A DNA stretch of 64,000 nt from a virus (Duplodnaviria > Caudoviricetes). Numbering within the stretch: position 1 is the stretch's first letter; every line of letters starts with the position of its first letter. The notes below the pieces were generated by a model. That model saw only the letters and a program-made list of their open reading frames with translations. It was not told the DNA's origin and did no database searches. Where the stretch lies: IMG/VR virus record IMGVR_UViG_3300042997_002652, positions 160,001-224,000 of that record. One strand, given 5' to 3'. A program made the position numbers and the translations under genes. Of the stretch, positions 7,906-15,952 are shown in pieces.

Positions 7906-8991
7906 TTACTTTCTTAGTAGTGGAGGAATGCCAGCGCGTGATACTTTAAATCCAAAAGCTTTAGCGTTCTTTCTAAGTGTATCAGGTTTTATATCCACTG
8001 TCAAGGCTGTTTTAAACCTTGGATCATTTTTTTCTTTTTCACTTGGAATGTAACCTGATGCAGACTCATTTGTTTCGGCTTTAGCTAATCTATCATAGTA
8101 GTTAGGAAATTCTTTTAAATGATCTAACGCGATTTCTTTAGCTACTTGTTTATTGGTAGTATGTTCTAACTCAACTCGTATTCCTTTGTTCAATTGTTGT
8201 ATTAGTTGGTTAACAGGTACTGAATGCTTTTTTGCTAGTTCGTGTACTGTTAATGTGGGTTTGTCTAACTGATCAGCTTCTTCTATACTAAGAGACTTAC
8301 TATGTAGTTTATCTCTTAATGAGTATAATGCAGTAATGCCACCTTGTGTTCTTAATGCTTTATATGACAAGTTTTCAGGTGAAAATTCTCCACCTTTGTC
8401 TAATCCTGCTTGCCGATAGCGTTTTACTAAAGATATCGCATCATTTACTTTATCTAAGTCTTTTGATTTAAGTGTTAATTCTATTAGCTTAGCCAACTTT
8501 TCAAATTTAGCTTTAGTTTCTTTATGATCTAGATTAGCTTTGCTTTTCTTAGGAAAGTGTATCCATTCGTTATTCAATACACTATATTCGCCTAATGACC
8601 GCACTGGTTTCTTTACATCTTGTACATATAATTCTACAGGAACACCATGAACAGTAATATCATGAGAATCGTTATACAATGTTTTTTTAGCAGTAAAAAG
8701 TTCTTGATAAACTTCATCATTGGATAGATTGCTAAAATCAACTAAAATGTGTAAATCTAAATCAGAATGCGGTGTATAGCTAAATGCTGCGTTAGACCCC
8801 GATATCGTAATATCATCTACATCTAATTGACTAACACCAAGTTCTTGTAAGAAATCTTTTGCTATTACTATTAGTTGTTCTCTAACTTCTGGATCTAATT
8901 GGTCATCGTTCCAAAGAGCAGGGTTAAGTTCATCGTGAAACTTAACTGCATCTGATAGACTGAAATCTGTTAATTCTGTTATTAATACCAT
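7906..8991 (-). CDS. Pol-beta-superfamily nucleotidyltransferase with a C-terminal ELEHT domain (DUF5661-like)
   Basis: GSNA...SDLDLH plus later ELYVQD; C-terminal GIRVELEHT...IALDHLKE..NYY; likely start MVLITEL at 8991 because the ORF-track start lies in the terminator. Confidence 0.85.
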   Translation of the reverse strand: MVLITELTDFSLSDAVKFHDELNPALWNDDQLDPEVREQLIVIAKDFLQELGVSQLDVDDITISGSNAAFSYTPHSDLDLHILVDFSNLSNDEVYQELFTAKKTLYNDSHDITVHGVPVELYVQDVKKPVRSLGEYSVLNNEWIHFPKKSKANLDHKETKAKFEKLAKLIELTLKSKDLDKVNDAISLVKRYRQAGLDKGGEFSPENLSYKALRTQGGITALYSLRDKLHSKSLSIEEADQLDKPTLTVHELAKKHSVPVNQLIQQLNKGIRVELEHTTNKQVAKEIALDHLKEFPNYYDRLAKAETNESASGYIPSEKEKNDPRFKTALTVDIKPDTLRKNAKAFGFKVSRAGIPPLLRK

Positions 8992-8996
8992 ACTAC

Positions 8997-9002
8997 TATT
9001 TA
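8997..9002 (-). promoter_or_regulatory. Putative late promoter core (TAAATA), 5 nt before ATG
   Basis: CTAAATA-GTAGT-ATG(8991); no SD. Confidence 0.65.
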
Positions 9003-9010
9003 GTATAGAT

Positions 9011-9036
9011 AAAAAGAAAGGGAGCATAAAGCTCCC
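9011..9036 (-). terminator. Intrinsic terminator of the tmRNA transcript
   Basis: GGGAGC-TTTAT-GCTCCC hairpin followed by TTTCTTTTT. Confidence 0.88.
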
Positions 9037-9039
9037 CTC

Positions 9040-9375
9040 TTAGTTGTTTGATAACAAGGTAACCAGCCCCGTGAAGCTTACGCCGCTAGGCGAATATCTT
9101 CAAGTGCGAACTCATCGTTTGCGTTTACTTTTTTGCTTCTTTAACCGAGAAACTCCCAGTCCTTAAAGGTGTTCTGCGTTCACCTATTCTCCACATACCT
9201 TCAGTTGTTTGGCGAATCCAAATCATCCCCATCAAAAGAGTACTATAAAGAACTACCTAATCCCCTTTCAGTAATTTACCATCGCGGTCAACAGGCGGAA
9301 CGATGTAATACTCTTTTGGTGGAGATGCCGGGGTTCGAACCCGGGTACAAACTTCCTATCTCATGCTTCAACGAA
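9040..9375 (-). ncRNA. ssrA: tmRNA, circularly permuted two-piece gene: acceptor piece ~9375-9317 (ends CCA), 86-nt intervening segment 9316-9231, coding piece 9230 to ~9040
   Basis: T-arm CCGGG-TTCGAAC-CCCGG then CATCTCC-A-CCA upstream of GGGGATG (7/7 pairing, G3-U70); tag GCA(9122)...TAA(9078) = ANDEFALEDIRLAA; pk1-like element before the resume codon; outer ends approximate. Confidence 0.93.
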
Positions 9376-9529
9376 TTTCTTTTTTAGCAGCGTCATAAAA
9401 GCTGCTTGATGTTTTAGTATCAGCTTGTTTTATCAAGCATCTACCACAACAACTTCCAATTAGTTTTGCTAACTCAGGTTGTCTTTTGATATCTTGTTCT
9501 CTAATGTTATTACAGATACATAATATCAT
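9368..9529 (-). CDS. BFD-like [2Fe-2S]-binding small protein (53 aa, not in the ORF track)
   Basis: MILCICNNIREQDIKRQPELAKLIGSCCGRCLIK...: CxC...CxxC pattern; AAGGGAG SD. Confidence 0.75.
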   Translation of the reverse strand: MILCICNNIREQDIKRQPELAKLIGSCCGRCLIKQADTKTSSSFYDAAKKEIR

Positions 9530-9546
9530 AAAACTCCCTTATTATT

Positions 9547-9702
9547 CTATTTAGCTGGTTGAGAAGCCTCTAGAACTTCGTTAGAAGCTTCTACCCAAGC
9601 TTTGATAGTTTCATTTTCACTGATCTTATTACTGAAATTATCTACTACCCACTTGCATGTGTCAATACTTTTGGAGTGATATCCAGGTAAGTTAACAATC
9701 AT
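9547..9702 (-). CDS. Small hypothetical protein (51 aa, MIVNLPGYHSKSIDTCKW...)
   Basis: ATG 9702 overlaps the upstream TAA (TAATG). Confidence 0.65.
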   Translation of the reverse strand: MIVNLPGYHSKSIDTCKWVVDNFSNKISENETIKAWVEASNEVLEASQPAK

Positions 9703-9854
9703 TACATGCTCGTAATTGCTACATTCATTGCAAACATCGAAACCGTTGCCACGCATAGAAATAAAACCATTTCTATTCGCTCAAGTGATACACTCTTTTT
9801 AAGTTTTCTTGTAGCCATTACATTGCCGTACTTGATTCTTCTTGTGAAAGACAT
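9702..9854 (-). CDS. Small basic protein with a C-terminal hydrophobic helix (50 aa, MSFTRRIKYG...VLFLCVATVSMFAMNVAITSM)
   Basis: AAGGA SD upstream; translationally coupled to the next ORF; not in the ORF track. Confidence 0.6.
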   Translation of the reverse strand: MSFTRRIKYGNVMATRKLKKSVSLERIEMVLFLCVATVSMFAMNVAITSM

Positions 9855-9895
9855 TTTTTTGTTCCTTTTCCTTTATGAGGTTATTTAAAATTGAA

Positions 9896-9948
9896 TTAGT
9901 TACAACACCATGCTGTAACTAACGAAAAGAGTAACTGTTACTCTTTCG
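9896..9948 (-). other. Two adjacent stem-loops (structured leader or small RNA)
   Basis: CGAAAGAGTAAC-A-GTTACTCTTTTCG (9948-9923) and TTAGTTACA-N9-TGTAACTAA (9922-9896), 5 nt below TAAATA at 9959-9954. Confidence 0.6.
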
Positions 9949-10032
9949 CACACTATTTATCAAAGTGATACGCATAGTAACAATATATTGTAGAAATAGC
10001 AAGACATTTTTAGGGTGAATTTACCCAAAATG

Positions 10033-13000
10033 CTAGTTATCAAATCTAGCTTTTAACCATGCCCATTCGTAGCTTAGTTTTAGTTTGTTAAACTCACCCT
10101 CAACTTCATTATAATAGTCGCTAGCGTCTTTTGCACCTTTCAAACAGTAGTCAGCAAAGTTGCCTTCAGCTTTTGTTAGCCAAGTATCTAAACGCTGCTT
10201 GCTGATTGAGTCAGTAGCGGCTTTTAGTTTTATTACTTCTCTAAACGCAGTACGCCAAGTAGCAAACGCATCAGTGTTAAACATAGCCGTACCTGATATT
10301 TCTTCTACTACTTCGTGTTCATCGTCTAGTGTAAAGTCTAAGCCTTTACCTATATTGTTTAGTACCAATGACTTTTGATAAGCAATCATTGCTTGGTGAC
10401 CATAGACTAAACCATTCACCGGGTTTTCAGCATAAAAGATATAATGCTTAGCAACTTGCATTCTATCGGGTTGCCATGCCCAATCAAACTTGTCATTTAC
10501 TTTTAGCTTGGCGAAAACTGTAAACGCCCATGGAGTGTTACTTGCTTCTAGTGCAGCATGATAAGCTTGTACTCTACCATTTATACCATCTACTCTTACT
10601 ACACGATTAGAAAGTTTGTGAGTTACTTTTAGCAAGTGCTCGTAGTTTTCTTCAGCATCTTGTTCTCCATTGCTCAAGAATACGATATCAATAGGCTTAG
10701 ACTTTGCTATACGATCTACTTTTTTGATATATGGATAATCGTACAACTCTCTTTTTACATACTCTTTGGCTTCTTGAGGCACTATAATTTTTGTAGCACC
10801 TTCGCTAGCAACTATAATTGTTTTAGTTCTAGGTGACCAAAGATTCATTGGTTCATCGTTTAAAGTTTGAATATTTTCATCTGTGCTGCTAATCATTGTT
10901 ACATATGGAAAGTCAAACTCTGTGGGTATAGCAGTTGCATGTGTGTCATCATGAACGATAATAATTGGTTCTAGCAAACGATCAACTCGCATAGTTTGAT
11001 TGAAGTTTATCTTTTCGTAATCTTCTAAACTTGCAATACTTTCTAATTGTAGTTTTGTTTTGTTTACATCTAATAAGAATGTATCACCGAACTTTTGTTT
11101 TTCGCTAGGGAACACATGTAGCTGATCTCGTGCAAAAGGATCACTGATATATGTAAAGTCAAAGTTAGTGTAATCACATACTGAACTGCACAACCAAAGA
11201 TAATGTTCTTTCTTTGTAATCATATTAGTTAACAAGTTTTTAAAAGTTCTTAAATAACTACCGTCGTATTTTATCGTAGTTAAATTAGCTTTTAGTGTTG
11301 TATCTAAATTAGTTTTTAGTGTTGTATCTAAATTAGTTTTTAGTGCTAAAAATTCTGCAACTTGATTAGCTTCTTTATTTCCATGATCTATCAATACAAT
11401 ATCATGTTGACATTGAGTAGCTTTTGCTTTTCTGTCTTTAACAAAGTTTACTATAGAAAGGTGTTCAATGATTTTTACATACTTAGTATCTTCAGGGAAT
11501 GTTTCTTTGTTTACTAAAAACGTAGTACCCCAACGTGACCATTGAGTACCAAACACTGTTAACATTTTCATTTGCCAGGGGTTAGGATAATAATTAAAGT
11601 CAAAGTTTGTGTAATCTAATTCACTGTCTAGAATCCAAAACAATTCTGTAGTAGCTTTGTTTGCACAACGATTGATAGTGTCAACCCAAGAACTTATATA
11701 ACGAACTTTTTGTATCGTAGGGAATCTTTCTTTCAACTGTTCATATTTTGAGGTAGCATTTTGATTGTACCTATCTACAAAAAACATATCAGGCTTTACG
11801 AACAGTTTAGACAATGCTTTTTCATCTAGCCCAGTAGTTTCAATAAACTTTAACTGAGTGTTCCCTCTTATGTATGATTTTGCATTAACAAAATACGTGT
11901 GTGTTAATTCACTGTCCACTGAACCAAATACGCTTACATAAGTTGACTCCCACGATCCGTCTACTAAGTCTGGTCTCCAAGTAAAATCAAAATCTTGATA
12001 ATTAATATTTTTTCTAGTTGCCCAAAATACTTCTGTAGAATGTTGTTTCACTAAATTATCTAATGTAGTTTCTATTTGATATTTTTTTACTTGTATTCCA
12101 ATCTCTAGATACACAATGTCGCCTGTGTTATCAGGTGTGACATATCTAGGACCATCGTTTTTGTCTGCAATACTACCAAACTGGTATATGTACGAAGGTG
12201 AATGAGGATCAGGATGCCAAGTAAAATCAAATGTGTCTTTGTCAAAGTCACTGGGTATTTGCCAATTGTTAAAGTTAGGCATTAATATTGCTTTGATATC
12301 GTCAATATATTTTCTTTCTGTTGCTTCTGAAACATGATATTCTATTGTAGGCATTTTTTCAGCAGAATATTGCTTATTACCAAATACGTAGATATACGGA
12401 GGTTCTTTTGGATCAGGTCTCCACGTAAAGTCAAATTTGTTTTTATTTACTGGATGTATAATTTTCCACTTATCCCATTCAGGAAACAGTTCTACTAACT
12501 CATCCATGAACTTGATTTCAGTAGCTTCAGGTACGCGATATTCAAGTACATGTTTTTCTTCTACTGGAAAGTATTTACAGCCCCACTTATATATGAATGG
12601 GGGTTCTTTTGGATCAGGTCTCCAAGTAAAGTCAAATTTATTTTTATCTACTAGTTCTAGTTCTTTCCACCGATCCCATTCAGGTACTAGCTCAACTAAT
12701 TCATCCATAAATTTAATATCAGTAGCATCAGGTACGTGATATTCAAGTACATGTTTTTCTTCTACTGGAAAATACTTACAACCCCATCGGTATATAAAAG
12801 GAGGTTCAGTAGGCTCAGGATGCCAAGAAAAATCAAAAGTAGACTTATCAATAAGTTCTAATTCTTTCCAACGATCCCATTCCGGTAAAAGTTCAATTAC
12901 TTGATCCATATATTTGATTTGATTAGCCCCAGCGCAGTAGTATTCTACTGTAGGCATCTTTTCAGCAGAGTATTGCTTATTACCAAACACATAAATATAC

Positions 13001-14406
13001 GGAGGGTCTTTTGGATCAGGTCTCCAAGAAAAATCAAAAGTAGATTTATCAATGGAATAATTTATTTTCCAACGATCCCATTCAGGTAATAGTTCAATTA
13101 CTTGATCCATATATTTGATTTCTGTAGCATCAGGTACGCGATATTCTAACACATGCTTTTCTTCTACTGGAAAATACTTACAGCCCCACTTATATATGAA
13201 TGGTGGCTCGTGTAAATCAGGACGCCAAGTAAAATCAAATTTAGTTTTGTCTATTAACTCAATTTCTTTCCATCTATCCCATTGTGATTCTAATTCAACT
13301 ACTTCATCCATGTATTTTACTTCAGTAGCACCTGGTGCATGATATTCAAGTACGTGTCTTTCAAACATAGAATAGTACTTAGAAGCCCACTTATATATAA
13401 ACGGCGGTTCCTTAGGATCGGGGCGCCAAGTAAAGTCAAATTTAGTTTTGTCTATTAATTCAATTTCTTTCCACCGATCCCACTCAGGTACTAGATTAAT
13501 TACTTGATCCATATATTTGATTTCTGTGGCATCAGGTACGTGATACTCAAGTACGTGCTTTTCTTCTACTGGAAAATATTTACAACCCCATTTGTAAATG
13601 AAGGATGGTTCTGTTGGATCAGGACGCCAAGTAAAATCAAAAGTAGACTTGTCAATAAGTTCTAGTTCTTTCCACCGATCCCACTCAGGTAATAGTTCAA
13701 TTACTTGATCCATATATTTTATTTCTGTGGCATCAGGTACATGATATTCAAGTACGTGCTTTTCTTCTACCGGAAAATACTTACAACCCCATTTATATAT
13801 AAACGGCGGTTCAGTGGGATCAGGTCTCCAAGTAAAGTCAAACTTGTTTTTATCTATAAGTTCTAATTCTTTCCATCGTGATTTTTGTTCAACAAGTTCA
13901 ACTAATCTTGTCATAAACTTTACGTCAGTAGCACCCTCTACATGATATTCAATAGTTGATTTTAGTTCTGCTGATACCCACTTGTTACCCCATACATAGA
14001 TATAAGGAGGATCAGTAGGATCAGGGTGCCATGAAAAATCAAACTTTGTTTGATCAATATCGTCTAATACTTTCCAGCACTCAGTAATTTCATTTTTTCT
14101 GTTAACTGGGTCAACATCAGCACGGTATACTGTGTATCCTTTGTGATCTTTAGGACACAACCAAGTTCCTGAATCTTTTTGATGTTGGCTAGGCCAAACA
14201 TTATTATGATCTTGCGCCCATACATCTTCGTCAGGTAAGAACTCAAAGTCCCAATCCCAGTCAAAGTTTTTATAATCACCATATTCGTTGATTATCCAGA
14301 AATGTTCAGTAGTTGCTTGTTGTCTAGCGTCTTCTAATGACTCAGCAAACTTTTCTCTCGGATGAACATTGGGTTTTTTGTTGTAGTAAAATACGTCTCT
14401 AATCAT
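10033..14406 (-). CDS. 1457-aa protein of tandem 67-aa repeats and several degenerate GT-A-like glycosyltransferase modules
   Basis: C-terminal domain (IVFLSNGE..RVDGINGRVQAYHAA..GLVYGHQAM..AWRTAFRE) aligns by eye with ORF 26246-27196. Confidence 0.85.
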   Translation of the reverse strand: MIRDVFYYNKKPNVHPREKFAESLEDARQQATTEHFWIINEYGDYKNFDWDWDFEFLPDEDVWAQDHNNVWPSQHQKDSGTWLCPKDHKGYTVYRADVDPVNRKNEITECWKVLDDIDQTKFDFSWHPDPTDPPYIYVWGNKWVSAELKSTIEYHVEGATDVKFMTRLVELVEQKSRWKELELIDKNKFDFTWRPDPTEPPFIYKWGCKYFPVEEKHVLEYHVPDATEIKYMDQVIELLPEWDRWKELELIDKSTFDFTWRPDPTEPSFIYKWGCKYFPVEEKHVLEYHVPDATEIKYMDQVINLVPEWDRWKEIELIDKTKFDFTWRPDPKEPPFIYKWASKYYSMFERHVLEYHAPGATEVKYMDEVVELESQWDRWKEIELIDKTKFDFTWRPDLHEPPFIYKWGCKYFPVEEKHVLEYRVPDATEIKYMDQVIELLPEWDRWKINYSIDKSTFDFSWRPDPKDPPYIYVFGNKQYSAEKMPTVEYYCAGANQIKYMDQVIELLPEWDRWKELELIDKSTFDFSWHPEPTEPPFIYRWGCKYFPVEEKHVLEYHVPDATDIKFMDELVELVPEWDRWKELELVDKNKFDFTWRPDPKEPPFIYKWGCKYFPVEEKHVLEYRVPEATEIKFMDELVELFPEWDKWKIIHPVNKNKFDFTWRPDPKEPPYIYVFGNKQYSAEKMPTIEYHVSEATERKYIDDIKAILMPNFNNWQIPSDFDKDTFDFTWHPDPHSPSYIYQFGSIADKNDGPRYVTPDNTGDIVYLEIGIQVKKYQIETTLDNLVKQHSTEVFWATRKNINYQDFDFTWRPDLVDGSWESTYVSVFGSVDSELTHTYFVNAKSYIRGNTQLKFIETTGLDEKALSKLFVKPDMFFVDRYNQNATSKYEQLKERFPTIQKVRYISSWVDTINRCANKATTELFWILDSELDYTNFDFNYYPNPWQMKMLTVFGTQWSRWGTTFLVNKETFPEDTKYVKIIEHLSIVNFVKDRKAKATQCQHDIVLIDHGNKEANQVAEFLALKTNLDTTLKTNLDTTLKANLTTIKYDGSYLRTFKNLLTNMITKKEHYLWLCSSVCDYTNFDFTYISDPFARDQLHVFPSEKQKFGDTFLLDVNKTKLQLESIASLEDYEKINFNQTMRVDRLLEPIIIVHDDTHATAIPTEFDFPYVTMISSTDENIQTLNDEPMNLWSPRTKTIIVASEGATKIIVPQEAKEYVKRELYDYPYIKKVDRIAKSKPIDIVFLSNGEQDAEENYEHLLKVTHKLSNRVVRVDGINGRVQAYHAALEASNTPWAFTVFAKLKVNDKFDWAWQPDRMQVAKHYIFYAENPVNGLVYGHQAMIAYQKSLVLNNIGKGLDFTLDDEHEVVEEISGTAMFNTDAFATWRTAFREVIKLKAATDSISKQRLDTWLTKAEGNFADYCLKGAKDASDYYNEVEGEFNKLKLSYEWAWLKARFDN
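11291..11345. repeat. 24-bp perfect tandem duplication (KTNLDTTL x2)
   Basis: tttagtgttgtatctaaattagtt at 11291-11314 and 11315-11338. Confidence 0.95.
12232..14043 (-). repeat. Nine tandem 201-bp (67-aa) repeats, FDFTWRPDPxEPPFIYKWGCKYF...
   Basis: FDF starts at 14043 and 12231 are 9x201+3 nt apart; high nucleotide identity. Confidence 0.97.
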
Positions 14407-14411
14407 GAAAC

Positions 14412-14417
14412 TATTTA
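14412..14417 (-). promoter_or_regulatory. Putative late promoter core (TAAATA), 5 nt before ATG
   Basis: CTAAATA-GTTTC-ATG(14406); no SD. Confidence 0.65.
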
Positions 14418-14440
14418 GAAGTTAATACTTACTGTTGAAA

Positions 14441-15952
14441 TTAATCTTTGGTGTAGACAGGTAAATTATACTTTTGTGAGAAAGCAATAGCGTCTTGTTC
14501 ATCATTTACAATAGGCTGACCTTTGATATTCAAACTAGTGTTTAACAGAATAGGACACCCAGTCTTTTTGTAAAACTCTTTTAACAAAGTATATAAACCA
14601 GGATGCTGTTCGTAGTTAACAGTTTGCACTCTGCTTGTACCGTCTGCGTGTATAATAGCAGGAAACTTAGTGGGCTTTTTGCACTTAGCAACAAACTGCA
14701 TATAAGGTGATACTGTATTGTTGGGCATTTCAAAGTATTCGTGTACAAACTCTTCCATGATAACAGGTGCAAATGGTCTAAACTTTTGTCTATGCTTAAT
14801 AGCGTTTACTCTGTCTTTTATTTCATTGCCTCTTGGATCAGCCATCAAACTACGATTGCCTAACGCTCTAGGTCCAAACTCTGCCTTACCGTTTGCTATA
14901 CCAAATATTTCACCACGCTCTAAACTCTCAAGTGCTTTTTGTATAGGATACTCGCCCTTAATATCATAACCTAAGTAAGGAGTTTGCCAATTAACTTTAT
15001 TACCAGTTCTGTTAAAATGCTCTAGTGCTGCTGCACCAAGAGAACTACCTGCGTCACCTGGGTTTGGCATGATATGAATGTTTTCATACCATCTGAACAA
15101 TTCACTATTTGCTACACAGTTAAGAGCTACACCTCCCATGAAAACTAAATTATTTGAATTAGTAAGTTCTTTAGCATACAGTGCATAAGCCATAATTCTT
15201 TTTTCTACTTCCATTTGTGCTGCTCTAGCAATATCATAATCAGTATACTCAGTGTACATGTCTTTTGATATACCTCTATGTAAGTTCTTTTTCATTTTTA
15301 ATGCTTTTCTAGGATTATGAAAAGGTTCAGGGTAGCTAAAGAAATCATGTGACATTTTGTAGCTGAGGAAAGTAGCGGCATCCTTAGAGCCATAAGCAGC
15401 CATGCCCATAAGAATGTACTCATCTTCCATTGGCTTTAAGCCAACTCTGTGTGTCATAGCACTGTAGAATAAGCCAAGACTACTAGGGTACTTTACGCTA
15501 TGCTTTTTAGTAAGCTTATTATCTTTCCAATGCCATATCGTAGCAGTATCAAATTCGCCTATGGCATCTATAACCATAATGGCACATTCATCAAAGTCAC
15601 TAGTTAACACGCCTGCTGCCGCATGTGTTTCATGATGCCAATATTCTTTTATAGGTATTCCTGCTAATTGAGGATAAAATTGTTCAATCCATTCTTTCGT
15701 ACTAGGTTCTTTTAGAGCTTGCCACGAGCCTGCCCTTATATGTCTTAGCTTTTTGAAAAAGTTCTTTTCGTGTAAAACAATTTGATCGGGCTTGCCGAAC
15801 GCAAGTGCTGCATTAATGATTTCTTGATTCAAGAAACAATCATTTTTTATTTTACTGTATCGTTCGCTGTGTGCGGCAAAGACGATGTTACCGTCTTGTA
15901 ACACAGTAACCGCAGCATCATGAAACCCTGCACTAATTCCTAAAATAATCAT
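14441..15952 (-). CDS. O-carbamoyltransferase (NodU/CmcH/TobZ family)
   Basis: ILGISAGFHDAA, HHETHAA, IDAIGE, GGVALN, EFGPRALGNRS, RPFAP, LLNTSLN. Confidence 0.95.
   Translation of the reverse strand: MIILGISAGFHDAAVTVLQDGNIVFAAHSERYSKIKNDCFLNQEIINAALAFGKPDQIVLHEKNFFKKLRHIRAGSWQALKEPSTKEWIEQFYPQLAGIPIKEYWHHETHAAAGVLTSDFDECAIMVIDAIGEFDTATIWHWKDNKLTKKHSVKYPSSLGLFYSAMTHRVGLKPMEDEYILMGMAAYGSKDAATFLSYKMSHDFFSYPEPFHNPRKALKMKKNLHRGISKDMYTEYTDYDIARAAQMEVEKRIMAYALYAKELTNSNNLVFMGGVALNCVANSELFRWYENIHIMPNPGDAGSSLGAAALEHFNRTGNKVNWQTPYLGYDIKGEYPIQKALESLERGEIFGIANGKAEFGPRALGNRSLMADPRGNEIKDRVNAIKHRQKFRPFAPVIMEEFVHEYFEMPNNTVSPYMQFVAKCKKPTKFPAIIHADGTSRVQTVNYEQHPGLYTLLKEFYKKTGCPILLNTSLNIKGQPIVNDEQDAIAFSQKYNLPVYTKD

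Noticed and set aside
8992-9027. ORF-track N-terminal extension MLPFFLSILNSS of the nucleotidyltransferase
   Set aside because: Reads through the terminator U-tract and the TAAATA motif; ATG 8991 is more plausible
9317-9345. Stand-alone tRNA gene (T-arm plus CCA)
   Set aside because: No D or anticodon arm upstream; the matching 5' strand lies downstream together with a tag frame, so it is part of the permuted tmRNA
9169-9387. 72-aa plus-strand ORF in the track
   Set aside because: Antisense shadow of the tmRNA gene; no SD or recognisable motif
10007-10030. Intrinsic terminator after the repeat protein
   Set aside because: Short GGGT/ACCC hairpin lacks a U-tract on the minus strand; too weak to call
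12232-14043. CRISPR array or DGR template/variable repeats
   Set aside because: Units are 201-bp in-frame coding repeats without unique spacers; no reverse transcriptase or cas gene, and no adenine-specific variation evident
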